Of a DNA stretch of 37,698 nucleotides, positions 17,795 to 27,071 are shown one piece after another. The DNA is taken from positions 1 to 37,698 of IMG/VR virus record IMGVR_UViG_3300028585_000048. One strand, written 5' to 3'. Below the pieces are notes generated by a model. That model made no database searches, had not been told where the DNA came from, and saw only the letters and a program-made list of their open reading frames with translations. Origin of the DNA: a virus (lineage: Duplodnaviria > Caudoviricetes). How positions within the stretch are numbered: position 1 is the stretch's first letter; every line of letters begins with the position of its first letter. Position numbers and translations under genes: made by a program.

Positions 17795-18079
17795 CTATGA
17801 GATGCCAATTGGCGTGACATCAGGAACCGGAATCCAACCCTTCTCCGTGATAAGCCGATTCCCATAGCCTGATGATCTCAGGTGAATCGGCAAACCTAAA
17901 AAACTTTGCATGACGCGCGGATAATAGCCCAACATTGCTTCGGTATCATGAGCAAGGTATACTATAAAATTGGCATCCAGTGACCATCCAATAGGCCGCT
18001 GATTTAAAACTCCCGATTTGGAATAACATTCCTGCAAAGCATGTCTTGGGCGCAAAGATAAAAATCCACAATATCGCAA
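17795..18079 (-). CDS. Doubtful hypothetical protein or gene relic in an AT-rich insert
   Basis: Only ORF in a visibly lower-GC patch; TTG start with no SD. Confidence 0.25.
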   Translation of the reverse strand: MRYCGFLSLRPRHALQECYSKSGVLNQRPIGWSLDANFIVYLAHDTEAMLGYYPRVMQSFLGLPIHLRSSGYGNRLITEKGWIPVPDVTPIGIS

Positions 18080-18110
18080 TTTGAGAAGCTCGTCGTGCAG
18101 ATGTGCGAAG

Positions 18111-18284
18111 CTAATCGACCCAGCGCAACTTTCTTGTTGCCGGCGTCATTTCGACCAATTCCAGATAGCTGGCAGCCATACCTCGATGGATAGCTGCGAT
18201 TTTGGGATCTGCTGACGTTTTAGCTAATCTCGCCGCGGTCTTAGCGCGCTGTTCGTAATACGCACGTTCGTTAACTTCGGGCAT
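18111..18284 (-). CDS. Small helical protein, 57 aa
   Basis: MPEVNERAYYEQRAKTAARLAKTSADPKIAAIHRGMAASY pattern typical of small sphingomonad proteins; GGAG SD before ATG 18284. Confidence 0.65.
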   Translation of the reverse strand: MPEVNERAYYEQRAKTAARLAKTSADPKIAAIHRGMAASYLELVEMTPATRKLRWVD

Positions 18285-18519
18285 GGTTTTGCTCCACGAC
18301 AAGCGGATGCGACGAGCGCTTCCATCGCTACCTTGCTTCAGGCTAACCGCAGCGATTATTGATTTATGGCAGGTAAGATGCCGAATCTCAATATGTGCAC
18401 CTCTTAGCAAACGATCGCTGTCGAGGAAGCGGAGGCGGATCTCGCGATCGCTCGTCCGCAAAAGTATGGGCGGGCATCAGGCGGCTAATATAATGGCGAT
18501 GAGGGTAGCGCTACCGCGT

Positions 18520-21138
18520 TTACATTCGCGGGCGACCCAATCGGCCCATGGTGTGATCGCTACTCGTTTTCGTAATCATCGGCATCATCTGAACAATTGC
18601 CTCGGTAGCCATCGCCTTGACCGTCTCGGGATCGTTGCTCGTGATTGAGCCAAAGGTGATGTTGAGGGCAGGCCTGTCGCCGCCGCGCACAGCATCCAGC
18701 TTATGGTTGGGCGTGACGTGGAAAGGTCCGCCCATGTCGACAATTTCAGGGCCGTGCTCACCAACGAGATAGCGGCCTCGATTGCCGATACCGCCGTTGG
18801 CCTTGCCGGTCTTACCGCCAGCGATCGAGCCTGTAAGGCCGCTGACCAGGCTGCCAAACAGGCCGCCCCCGCCGCCTGAGCCGCCACCAAACAGCAAATT
18901 GCCAAGCGGCTTGATGAGCATCTGCTGGAGCGCAATCTGCAGAAGGCCATCGACGACCGTATCGGCCATATTGCCGAACGCATCACCCAGATCGCCCGCG
19001 CCTTTGATGCAGTCCATCAAGCCGGACTTGAGGCTTTCCAGACCCTGCACCTCAACACCCTGCAACGCCTCGTTGATTTCATTGCCCGTCTTGGGGATCG
19101 CATCAAGATAGCTGGCCAGAGGACCCAGGGTCTGGTTCTCAACCTGCTTGCCCTGAACAGCACGCAACTGCGGCAGCATGGCAAGGCGAGCGCGGGCAAT
19201 CTGTTTGTCGGCTTCTGTGCTGTCGCGGGATGCGATGATCGCCTCCAGAGCCAGCTTCTCCTGCTGCATTTGCAAGTCGAGCAAGCGCAGATCGGCGGCG
19301 CGCCGGTCCTTGGCCGTGCGTGCCATGTTGCTCTGTAGCTGCGCCAGATCCTGCGCGTCATCGAGCGAAGCCGTCTTTAGCTTCAACTCCTCCTGCGCCT
19401 TAAACTCGGACTCCTTGAAGCTGAGCGACTGGCGCTTGTTGGCGTCGATGCGCTCCTCGATCGCCTTCAATTCGGCAACCTGCTTGTCGTCGTATCGCTT
19501 GCTGCCCTTGGGGCCGTCTTTGTTAATTTGATCTAGGCGGCTTTTCCGATCCTGATCGAGCAGCTTGCGTTCAAACTCGAACCGCTCGGCACCAACGGTG
19601 GCGAGGTCGGCCTTCGTGTCCAGTTCCTCGCGCTCGCTGCGATTCTTGTCGGCGGTGAAAGCCTCTAGGTTGCGACGATCAGTTTCTGCCTGACGCTCGG
19701 CATCACGCTGCGCTTTGTCGGCAGCGCGCGAGGCGGACTTGTTCTTCTTGTCGGCATCCTTGTCGGCGGGTGGCTTGAGCGTGCTGCGTCCAGTGCCGCG
19801 AACCGCAAGGCGACCGGAGCGAACATCGGATTCCACACTGCGGCTCGTGGCAATCAACTGCTCGTCGGACATGCCCTTGCCGGAGAACGACTTATACTTG
19901 TCGCCGCCGTTGGTCTTGATGCCGCGAACGAGGCGGGCGCGAAGCGCATCACGACGGCTGCGCTGGTAGCCCTTGTCGTAGTCACCGCCCATGTTCCAAT
20001 CGGCAATCAGGGGCTTTTCTTCGAAGTGCTGCCCGCCGCCAGCGCGGTCGATTGCCTTATTGAGAACGCGCTTGGTGCCGTTCTCGATTTTCGTGCCCCA
20101 GTTATCCATCGAGGCGTAGGCGTTATGCACCTTGTCGATTAGACGGAGCATGTTGCCAATGGTTTCGCGGGTGTAATCGGCGTCCTTGCGGATGAGATCG
20201 AATACCGTGGCTGCGCCTTCGCCCATGGGGAAGAAGGCATCATGTAGACCGGCAAATTGCGCGCGGATCTCAATACCGGCATCCTCTGCCGCACGGGTCA
20301 GGAGGTCCATTGCGTCGGAGCCTTCGCCCATCGCGTCCACGATGCCGTCGCTTATGCCCGCGCCGCGATCGAAGGCGCCGATCATGGCCGTAAGGCCGTT
20401 CTCGATCAGCACTTGAGCCTCGTCCCAGGTCTTTGGGAGTTCCTTGAACTCCGCATCGATCTGCTCAGTCATCTTCTTGTTCGTCAGCGCGTCGTAGAGC
20501 ATCTGACTGGTCAGCTTGCCGTCTTCGGCCATCTTCTTGAGTTCGCCCCGGGTGACGCCCAGGCTTTCAGTGAACAGGCGCGTCAGACGCGGGCTGGCAT
20601 CCATGATCTGGCCGAGCTCTTCCCACTGGATGTTGGTGCCAGACAGCGCCTGTCCCATTTGGAGTGTCGCGGACTGCTGTTCCTGAGTGCTGGCGTTGCT
20701 GACCTTCATGGCCTTGGCGAAGGTTTCAACGGCCCGTGCGTTATCCAGCTGGCTCTTACCCAATTCCTTGGTGGTGGGCATGAACTTGGCGTAGAGGTCG
20801 AAAATGCCGCCGACCGCGCTACGGGTCTCCTTCGCAATACCGTTGGCATCGCGCATAGCTTGACCCTGATTGCCAAACTGCGCGGTAGCCAATTTCATCT
20901 GCGCTTCCATCTTCTTGGAAGCGTCGGCCATCTCTAGGTATTTCTTAGCACCGTCGATAGACTTGTCCGCGATGTAGACGGCGGCGAAGCCCTTGACCGC
21001 CGTAGCGGCCCGGTTCATCCCCATTTCAATCGCGCTGCTGGCGCGGTTGGTAGCTCTGGTTGCGCGTTCTAGTCCGCTAATAAAGCTGGCACTCTCAAGC
21101 GACATGCTCGCATATAGCGAGCCAATTTGTTGAGCCAT
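18520..21138 (-). CDS. Tail tape measure protein
   Basis: 872 aa, helical and Ala-rich; QMGQAL...EEL tape-measure domain; C-terminal YLVGEHGPE. Confidence 0.93.
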   Translation of the reverse strand: MAQQIGSLYASMSLESASFISGLERATRATNRASSAIEMGMNRAATAVKGFAAVYIADKSIDGAKKYLEMADASKKMEAQMKLATAQFGNQGQAMRDANGIAKETRSAVGGIFDLYAKFMPTTKELGKSQLDNARAVETFAKAMKVSNASTQEQQSATLQMGQALSGTNIQWEELGQIMDASPRLTRLFTESLGVTRGELKKMAEDGKLTSQMLYDALTNKKMTEQIDAEFKELPKTWDEAQVLIENGLTAMIGAFDRGAGISDGIVDAMGEGSDAMDLLTRAAEDAGIEIRAQFAGLHDAFFPMGEGAATVFDLIRKDADYTRETIGNMLRLIDKVHNAYASMDNWGTKIENGTKRVLNKAIDRAGGGQHFEEKPLIADWNMGGDYDKGYQRSRRDALRARLVRGIKTNGGDKYKSFSGKGMSDEQLIATSRSVESDVRSGRLAVRGTGRSTLKPPADKDADKKNKSASRAADKAQRDAERQAETDRRNLEAFTADKNRSEREELDTKADLATVGAERFEFERKLLDQDRKSRLDQINKDGPKGSKRYDDKQVAELKAIEERIDANKRQSLSFKESEFKAQEELKLKTASLDDAQDLAQLQSNMARTAKDRRAADLRLLDLQMQQEKLALEAIIASRDSTEADKQIARARLAMLPQLRAVQGKQVENQTLGPLASYLDAIPKTGNEINEALQGVEVQGLESLKSGLMDCIKGAGDLGDAFGNMADTVVDGLLQIALQQMLIKPLGNLLFGGGSGGGGGLFGSLVSGLTGSIAGGKTGKANGGIGNRGRYLVGEHGPEIVDMGGPFHVTPNHKLDAVRGGDRPALNITFGSITSNDPETVKAMATEAIVQMMPMITKTSSDHTMGRLGRPRM

Positions 21139-21168
21139 AATGGCGCCTCCCGCGCTCTTTGTTTGCTA

Positions 21169-21579
21169 TTACTTAGTGGGAGGGTTGCTGTTCGTCGGCT
21201 GCCCCTTGATGCCCTTGTCCTTGCGAGGTTTGCGGGCCTTCTTCTTGGGAGATGCAGCCTTGACCGTCTTGCCCATGAAGAAGTCGCGCACCTTCTCGCT
21301 CAACTCCTCAGGTGTCGGGTCTGGCTTGATACGACTCTTGGGGTCGCGATCGAACCACATCGGTGGTTTGGAGTTTGGCTTGCTGTGGATGTAGTATTGC
21401 ATGTCGAGAGCCATCGCGACGCGTTGATCTTCGACGTGACAGCCCCACGGCTCCAAGAGGTAGAAAGCCTGCCATCCAACGAACTCGTCATATGGCATGG
21501 CTTCCAGTTCACTGAGTGTCTTGCCAAGAGCTAGAGCAAGCCGAAATTGGAAGCGGCGAACGCCGTTTTCTCTCAGCCT
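21169..21579 (-). CDS. Tail assembly chaperone GT C-terminal part (-1 frameshift product)
   Basis: The -1 frame after the A8 run reads RLRENGVRRFQFRLALALGKTLSELEAMPYDEFVGWQAFYLLEPWG. Confidence 0.8.
   Translation of the reverse strand, partial: RLRENGVRRFQFRLALALGKTLSELEAMPYDEFVGWQAFYLLEPWGCHVEDQRVAMALDMQYYIHSKPNSKPPMWFDRDPKSRIKPDPTPEELSEKVRDFFMGKTVKAASPKKKARKPRKDKGIKGQPTNSNPPTK
21170..21175 (-). promoter_or_regulatory. TAAGTA motif upstream of the tape measure gene (leadered)
   Basis: CTAAGTAATAG, then a GGAGG SD and ATG 21138. Confidence 0.6.
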
Positions 21580-21998
21580 TTTTTTTCGGTGCTGATGACT
21601 TCGTTGGTAAAGCGGTGGAACTCGTTGAGCTGCAAAGCGGACTCATACATGCGCTTTACGGCGTTGCTGGAGAACGTGTTGAACAACGGCATATCAGCCT
21701 CGCTGAACATCATGCTGCCGTCCTCGTTGACGAGGCTATGGACCATGAGCAAGACGGCTTGGTCGAGATCGGCTGGCTTAGCCAAGCCCTTCCGCTCCGC
21801 TGGCGGCGCTTCCTGGTCATCTTCCCAGGCGTGCATTTCATCCCAGTAGAGACGGAGGCGTTCAAGATAGAGCGCACGAGTGTTGACGGTCATCTGCTGC
21901 ACCCGCACGCTGACGCCATCGCCCAATTCAGGAACGATGACATCTTCGTGGGGCAGTTTGGCAGCTAGGAGGTCGGCACGGGTCAGCAGCTTGCTCAT
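21573..21998 (-). CDS. Tail assembly chaperone G
   Basis: Between tail tube and tape measure; ends GAA AAA AAA GGC TGA. Confidence 0.85.
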   Translation of the reverse strand: MSKLLTRADLLAAKLPHEDVIVPELGDGVSVRVQQMTVNTRALYLERLRLYWDEMHAWEDDQEAPPAERKGLAKPADLDQAVLLMVHSLVNEDGSMMFSEADMPLFNTFSSNAVKRMYESALQLNEFHRFTNEVISTEKKG

Positions 21999-22003
21999 GG
22001 TGG

Positions 22004-22420
22004 TTACACGGCTGCCGTTTCGAGGACCGCGCCAGTGACTTCCAAGTTCGCCGATGCCTTCACGACATCATCCTGGCCGCCAGTGCGCTCAAAGGTCAGC
22101 ACGAAAGCGGTAAAGTCATACTTGGTGCCGTCGATCAGCGTCAGACGAAATTTGGTGGCGGCGCGGGTGCCGCGAGCAGCACGAACGGCAAGCTGCCCTG
22201 CGTCCTTGGAGATGAAGATCAGGTTGACTGATACCTGGCCCTCGTCGGGCAGGCCCATCGACTTTTCCTTGGCGACGCTATCGAAGTCTGTGGTGTCGAT
22301 GACGGCCGCAGAGCCTCCGCCAAGGCCCGAGAAGTCGGTGAAGCCCTTGACCTGTAGGTAGGTCGTGCCAGTCGTGTTGATTTCCAGCTTTGTGCCGGCA
22401 GTGTTAATTCCAGTGGCCAT
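22004..22420 (-). CDS. Major tail tube protein
   Basis: IDTTDFDS..KE..GLPDEG motif; AGGAG SD before ATG 22420. Confidence 0.88.
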   Translation of the reverse strand: MATGINTAGTKLEINTTGTTYLQVKGFTDFSGLGGGSAAVIDTTDFDSVAKEKSMGLPDEGQVSVNLIFISKDAGQLAVRAARGTRAATKFRLTLIDGTKYDFTAFVLTFERTGGQDDVVKASANLEVTGAVLETAAV

Positions 22421-22471
22421 ATTTGGCTCTCCTTTTATTGGGCGGCACCCCAATAAAACGGGGTTCGCCAT

Positions 22472-22477
22472 TACTTA
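22472..22477 (-). promoter_or_regulatory. TAAGTA motif upstream of the tail tube gene (leadered, with hairpin)
   Basis: GCATAAGTAATGG, then TTTTATTGGG-GTGCCG-CCCAATAAAA and the SD. Confidence 0.65.
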
Positions 22478-22487
22478 TGCTTGCCGC

Positions 22488-22847
22488 TTACTCCGAGTGT
22501 GTGATGCGGAACTCCAGGTTGATCCTGCTAAGTTCTGGAGTGCTGGTAAGATCGCTCATGTCCTGCTCGTTGACGCAGTTGCAGTCGCTGATTTCAGCAT
22601 CGCGGTAGCCGTCCAGCTTGAGCCGGATGGCCGTGGCAAGCGCCTTGGCCGCGTCAAAGTTGGCGGCGTAAACGTCCACGCGAAACGTCGGCATCGCCAT
22701 GCCCATGGGGCCATCAAAGGATCGCAGGCGGGGAGTGCTGACGCGTGTGTAGGTGACGAACGGAGCCTTCTTCCCCTTGGGGGCGACGACTGGGTAGGTT
22801 TGCGGACAGAATGCCTTGATGAGGCCGGTCAGTGTGGTCTCGATCAT
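22488..22847 (-). CDS. Tail terminator (DUF3168-like)
   Basis: YPVVAP...PFVTY...FRVDVYA pattern and synteny. Confidence 0.82.
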   Translation of the reverse strand: MIETTLTGLIKAFCPQTYPVVAPKGKKAPFVTYTRVSTPRLRSFDGPMGMAMPTFRVDVYAANFDAAKALATAIRLKLDGYRDAEISDCNCVNEQDMSDLTSTPELSRINLEFRITHSE

Positions 22848-23305
22848 CGTTTCGCCTTTCTGGCGGCCTTCTTGATCGCCTTGCTAAGTTCATCCTTCAG
22901 AGCATCCACGAGCTTGTCTGCGACCATATCGAGAGCGGGCTTGAACCATGGGCGGGCGGGTTCATGCTCAGTGCCAAATTCGGAAAAGCGGCCCCAAAAC
23001 GCGCTGCCCGTGGTAACCTGGAAACTGACGGTGTGCTTTCTGCGGGCGCGGACTTTGCGGGTTTTGATGTTTTCGTGGAGGCGGCCGTAATCAGCGGAGC
23101 CTTGGGAGCCGTCCTTGTTGCGCCAAGTGCGTTTCGTGAATTGCTCGCCGCGCGGCGCGTTCGCCTTCACGGCGTCGCGCATTACGTTGGTGGCTTTGCG
23201 AGTTCCCTGCGCGCCTGCCTTCGTCGCAACCTCAGGTCCGAGCGATTTCAGCGCAGTCTCAAGCTCTTTGAAGCCGTCCATGCGGAAGGTGCTACGGCTA
23301 GCCAT
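22844..23305 (-). CDS. HK97 gp10-like neck protein
   Basis: GFKELETAL, FSEFGT and PARPWFKPA motifs. Confidence 0.88.
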   Translation of the reverse strand: MASRSTFRMDGFKELETALKSLGPEVATKAGAQGTRKATNVMRDAVKANAPRGEQFTKRTWRNKDGSQGSADYGRLHENIKTRKVRARRKHTVSFQVTTGSAFWGRFSEFGTEHEPARPWFKPALDMVADKLVDALKDELSKAIKKAARKAKR

Positions 23306-23619
23306 CAAATGGCCCTGACGAGCAGTTTCAAACCCTCGCGCAGGCCGATCTCCTCGACCTCCACCACGGAATAACGGCGCTTATTACAGACCACCTCGTT
23401 CAGGGTGCTGACCCCGGCGAGATAGCGGATGGTGAAGCGGGCTTCGGCGGCTTCCACGCGGCCTGCCATGCGGTTTGAGTCTTTTACGGTCAGGCCATCC
23501 AAGGACGCCCACACTTCGCCTTGCTTGCGCCAACCCGTCTTGACGGTGCCGGTTTCGGAGGTCGTGTCAGCTGGCGCGTAGATGGCCAGCCTGCGGTTGA
23601 GGGAACCCGCCTGGATCAT
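23305..23619 (-). CDS. Head closure protein
   Basis: AGSLNRRL, VWA and FTIRY motifs; synteny. Confidence 0.85.
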   Translation of the reverse strand: MIQAGSLNRRLAIYAPADTTSETGTVKTGWRKQGEVWASLDGLTVKDSNRMAGRVEAAEARFTIRYLAGVSTLNEVVCNKRRYSVVEVEEIGLREGLKLLVRAI

Positions 23620-23891
23620 AGACTGACCACACGGTAGGGGTTGAGCAGACGCATGAAGGTCTTGTCGCCAACCGTTTGACCTTCGCGATTGGCGTAGAGG
23701 TCCGCGACGAACACGGCGATTGCCTGCTTGATGCCGGCGGGACAGGTCAGGGGATCTAGGAGGAGGCCGGTGTAGCGGCTTGCTGCCTCTTGAGCGGCGC
23801 GAATGAGGAGGTCGATCGTCGCGTCGTCGGCATCATCATCGATGCGGATCCACTCTTTGACTTCCTCTGCGGTGATAACGGTAGTTTCCAT
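23616..23891 (-). CDS. Head-tail connector (gp6-like)
   Basis: EEVKEWIRID...DD and LYANRE motifs. Confidence 0.88.
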   Translation of the reverse strand: METTVITAEEVKEWIRIDDDADDATIDLLIRAAQEAASRYTGLLLDPLTCPAGIKQAIAVFVADLYANREGQTVGDKTFMRLLNPYRVVSL

Positions 23892-23895
23892 CGAC

Positions 23896-23901
23896 TACTT
23901 A
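23896..23901 (-). promoter_or_regulatory. TAAGTA motif, 4 nt before ATG 23891
   Basis: GCTAAGTA-GTCG-ATGGA, identical to the 15599 copy over 17 nt. Confidence 0.72.
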
Positions 23902-24026
23902 GCAGAGGTGGCTTGGGTCGGTTGCCGTCGCGGACGGTTTACAATGCAGGTCGATCCCGGTGAGAAGGCATGAAGCGGCCTCGGCTGCTAGACCGACGTT
24001 GCGTTCCTTATAGCTGGGCAAAAGTG

Positions 24027-25085
24027 ATGTTTCGACAGAGGACTGTCTTTGTAGTGGGAGCTGGATCAAGCTGCGAGCTTGGCTTGCCAAGCTGCGACGG
24101 CTTGATGTTATCGATCGCTCAGCACTTAGCCGCCAACAGCGGGCCACACGGCTTTAGTCACGATGCAATCCTCCGCCCGCTCATCGAGCGGATAAAGCTG
24201 AAAGATGGCGGAAGCTGGTCGCACAAGATGCAGCAATACCGAGAGAAGGCGGCGCAGATTTGCAAGGCGATGCCTTATGCTCGCTCTATTGACACTTATT
24301 TGGAATCGCAACGCGACGACGAAGAGACCGTATTTCTTGGAAAGCTGGCCATTGCACAGGCAATTCTGCAAGCTGAGAATGGGAGCGCCCTCAGCTTGGG
24401 GCAAGGTGAGCAAGGTGCAACGAAACTAGCAAAAAGCTGGTATCCGCCGCTGTCTCGCATTCTAACCTCTGGCCATCAGGCTGGCGACATCGCAAATCTC
24501 TTTGCGAACGTGTCGTTTATCGTGTTCAATTACGACCGCTGTCTTGAATTGTTCCTACTGAGGATGATCCGAGACTACTTTGGAGTTGAAGGTGACGCCT
24601 CAAAGATACTTGCATCTGCCACCATCGTTCATGCTTACGGACAGGTCGGCAAGCTAGTGCAGGGAAACGGCTTTGTTCCGTTTGGTGGGAACGATGAGAC
24701 CAATCTCGCAGTAGTTGCCGACGGGATCAAAACCTACACTGAATCAGCGGATGCTGGCACCACCAAAAGAATTCGCTCTCTTGTCGAAGAGGCGGACACG
24801 ATCGTCTTTATGGGTTTCGGGTTCTTGGCGCAAAACGTGAAGCTGTTGAGCCCTGAGCATGGCTCACAAGTGAAGCAGGTTATGGCTACAACGTTTGAAA
24901 TGTCGCCCCAGGATCAAGAGGCGGTTCGCCTCAAGCTGGTCAATAGCCTTGGGCAGTTCGGGCAAACGTGGGCCGGAGAGCAGCGCATTGAAGTGGGTCG
25001 TCGAGAAACCTTTCGAAATATGTTCGAAAACGGAAAGTGCCGCGATCTGATGAACAACAATATCTTTTCACTCGCCGATCAATAG
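24027..25085 (+). CDS. SIR2-like domain protein (putative anti-phage NADase)
   Basis: VFVVGAGSS, IVFNYD, VHAYG and VFMGFGF motifs; start uncertain (23970-24027). Confidence 0.75.
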   Translation: MFRQRTVFVVGAGSSCELGLPSCDGLMLSIAQHLAANSGPHGFSHDAILRPLIERIKLKDGGSWSHKMQQYREKAAQICKAMPYARSIDTYLESQRDDEETVFLGKLAIAQAILQAENGSALSLGQGEQGATKLAKSWYPPLSRILTSGHQAGDIANLFANVSFIVFNYDRCLELFLLRMIRDYFGVEGDASKILASATIVHAYGQVGKLVQGNGFVPFGGNDETNLAVVADGIKTYTESADAGTTKRIRSLVEEADTIVFMGFGFLAQNVKLLSPEHGSQVKQVMATTFEMSPQDQEAVRLKLVNSLGQFGQTWAGEQRIEVGRRETFRNMFENGKCRDLMNNNIFSLADQ

Positions 25086-25094
25086 TCGAGATAT

Positions 25095-25128
25095 GGAAAG
25101 AGCGGCCGTTTCCGACCGCTCTTCCTTT
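25095..25128. terminator. Hairpin between the convergent SIR2-like and capsid genes
   Basis: AAGAGCGG...CCGCTCTT stem with T-rich flank. Confidence 0.6.
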
Positions 25129-25145
25129 CTAGTTTGTTGTTCGCC

Positions 25146-26306
25146 TTACGAGGCAGCGACCTTCAGCAGCACGAATGCCTTGGGGTCCTGCACCATGCCG
25201 CCCACGCGCTTGGTCGCGTAGAAGTGGACGAATGGCTTGTGGGTGTAGGGATCACGTAGGGTGCGGATGCCGATACGATCGGCGATCATGTAGCCCTGCT
25301 TGAGGTTGGCGAAGAACAGTGGGAACGCGCCAGCCGCGACGGCGGGCATGTCCTCAAGCTCAACCTGTTCGTAGCCGCCGAGGGTCGCTGGGGTGCCAGC
25401 AACGAGACCGGGCTGCCAGATGTAGTTGCCCTGACCGTCCTTGAGCTTACGCAGGCCGGCGGTCGTAGCGCCGTTGCTGTAGAAAGCTGCGCCAGTGCGA
25501 TACGCTGCCGTCATATTGTAGATCATGTCCACGATGACGTCGGGGTTGGTGACTGCCGCCGCCGCGCCGCTTGCCACGGTTGGCAGGCCAGCGGTGGTGA
25601 GGATGCCCTGTGGCTTGTTGACGCCGTTGCCGGTCACGAAAGCCTTGTTCTCCTCGATGGCGAACTCCTCGCTGATGTTCTGGTTGAGCCATGCCTCCAG
25701 GTCGAAAGCCGAGTCGTCTAGCGCACGCTGCGATGCAGCGGGGTTGGCGTAAATCTCGCCCATTGGAACCTTGGTCTCGGATAGCGTGGGCGTTGCGGTT
25801 TCAGGACGCGCGTCGGTCTCACCAACCCAGCCGGTCTGTAGGCCGCGAAGGTTCTTCAGGTAGCGATAGTCGTCGCTGGAAACCTGAATTACGGTCGAGC
25901 GCGAACGGATCGGGCTGAGTGTGCGGAGGTCATCACGAATGCCTGCTTCCCAAGTCTCAGGGACGAGGAAGCCGCCGGATGCGTCGCCGTTGTTCAGGGT
26001 GACAGCCTTGCGCTCCAGCGCCTCTAGGTTGTCGTCGATGCCCTTACGTGCCCACTTGTCGAACGCTGCGGAGTGAGCCTCCACGTCGGCGTTGCGATCC
26101 GAACCGCCGACGCGGTTGGACTTTTTGGCAACGTCAGTGACCTGCGCCTGGAGGGCCGAAAGATCGCTGTTGATGCGATCCAGCTTTTCGCTGGTCAGAA
26201 CGTCTACTGCGCCCTTGACCTCTGCCTTGATGCGCTCGTCGTTGGTGCTCTTAAACTCCTCGAAAGCACTACCGAGGTTGTTGATAGACTCGTTGATGTC
26301 GGCCAT
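25146..26306 (-). CDS. HK97-fold major capsid protein
   Basis: GGFLVPE, WVGET..RP and FVTGNGVNKPQG motifs; AAGGAG SD before ATG 26306. Confidence 0.95.
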   Translation of the reverse strand: MADINESINNLGSAFEEFKSTNDERIKAEVKGAVDVLTSEKLDRINSDLSALQAQVTDVAKKSNRVGGSDRNADVEAHSAAFDKWARKGIDDNLEALERKAVTLNNGDASGGFLVPETWEAGIRDDLRTLSPIRSRSTVIQVSSDDYRYLKNLRGLQTGWVGETDARPETATPTLSETKVPMGEIYANPAASQRALDDSAFDLEAWLNQNISEEFAIEENKAFVTGNGVNKPQGILTTAGLPTVASGAAAAVTNPDVIVDMIYNMTAAYRTGAAFYSNGATTAGLRKLKDGQGNYIWQPGLVAGTPATLGGYEQVELEDMPAVAAGAFPLFFANLKQGYMIADRIGIRTLRDPYTHKPFVHFYATKRVGGMVQDPKAFVLLKVAAS

Positions 26307-26379
26307 TATGGGCTCCTTCATCGTGATTGTTGTTACGCAACCTCGACTCCAGAATCCCTCCGTGCGTAGTTTGCAGAAC

Positions 26380-26385
26380 TACTTA
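26380..26385 (-). promoter_or_regulatory. TAAGTA motif upstream of the capsid gene (leadered)
   Basis: GGATAAGTAGTTC in the protease-capsid intergenic gap. Confidence 0.62.
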
Positions 26386-26396
26386 TCCAACTGGCT

Positions 26397-27071
26397 TTAG
26401 TTGATTTTGAATTTTGCGGTTAGGCTGTCCAGTGCAGCAAGCGTGCTCTTAATCTCATCAAGTTCCTTGTTGGACTTAAACTGACTCGCGACTGCAATGC
26501 TTTCGCTCTTGCTCAGGCCCAACTCGCGCAGCAGCTCTTCAAGCTGGCGAACGTCCATGTCCTCGCCCATGCTCTTCACGGCAGAGACTCGAGCCTTCTG
26601 ATTGGCCGGCAGGGTGACGACGCTAACCTCGACCAGATCGACCGCTTTCAAGGTGCGGCGTGGGTCTTCGGGCTTGCTGCGCGTGGTGAACTCTACGGGG
26701 CGGAAGCCGATCGACAGTCCGTTGATCGCGCCGGCCTTCAACGCCGTGTAGGTGTCGCGGCCCATCTGCGTGTCCAGCAACTCGCCATGCACCTTCAAGC
26801 CATGGCCATCCTCGGCCATGTCCGTCCAACGGCCGATCGGCAGGGAGCCAAAGGCGTCGTGGTTGAGGAACATGAGGGGCTGACTGCCCTCACTGTAATG
26901 GCTGGCTAGGCTCTTCGCGAAAGCACCGGGCGCAATAACGTCGCCATAGCTGTCCACGTTTCCAAAGACAGCGCCATAACCGGAAAAGGTCATCTTTCCA
27001 TCGGTGTCACCGGGGCTGTCGAACTTGCATTCGAGGCGGTTAACCGCCATTTTTTCGATGTTGCGGCTCAC
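26397..27071 (-). CDS. HK97-family prohead protease
   Basis: FSGYGAVF, LNHD, GLSIGF and EVSVVTLPAN motifs. Confidence 0.95.
   Translation of the reverse strand: MSRNIEKMAVNRLECKFDSPGDTDGKMTFSGYGAVFGNVDSYGDVIAPGAFAKSLASHYSEGSQPLMFLNHDAFGSLPIGRWTDMAEDGHGLKVHGELLDTQMGRDTYTALKAGAINGLSIGFRPVEFTTRSKPEDPRRTLKAVDLVEVSVVTLPANQKARVSAVKSMGEDMDVRQLEELLRELGLSKSESIAVASQFKSNKELDEIKSTLAALDSLTAKFKIN

Noticed and set aside
18285-18461. N-terminal extension of ORF 18111-18461
   Set aside because: A better ATG with SD lies at 18284, where the recognisable pattern begins.
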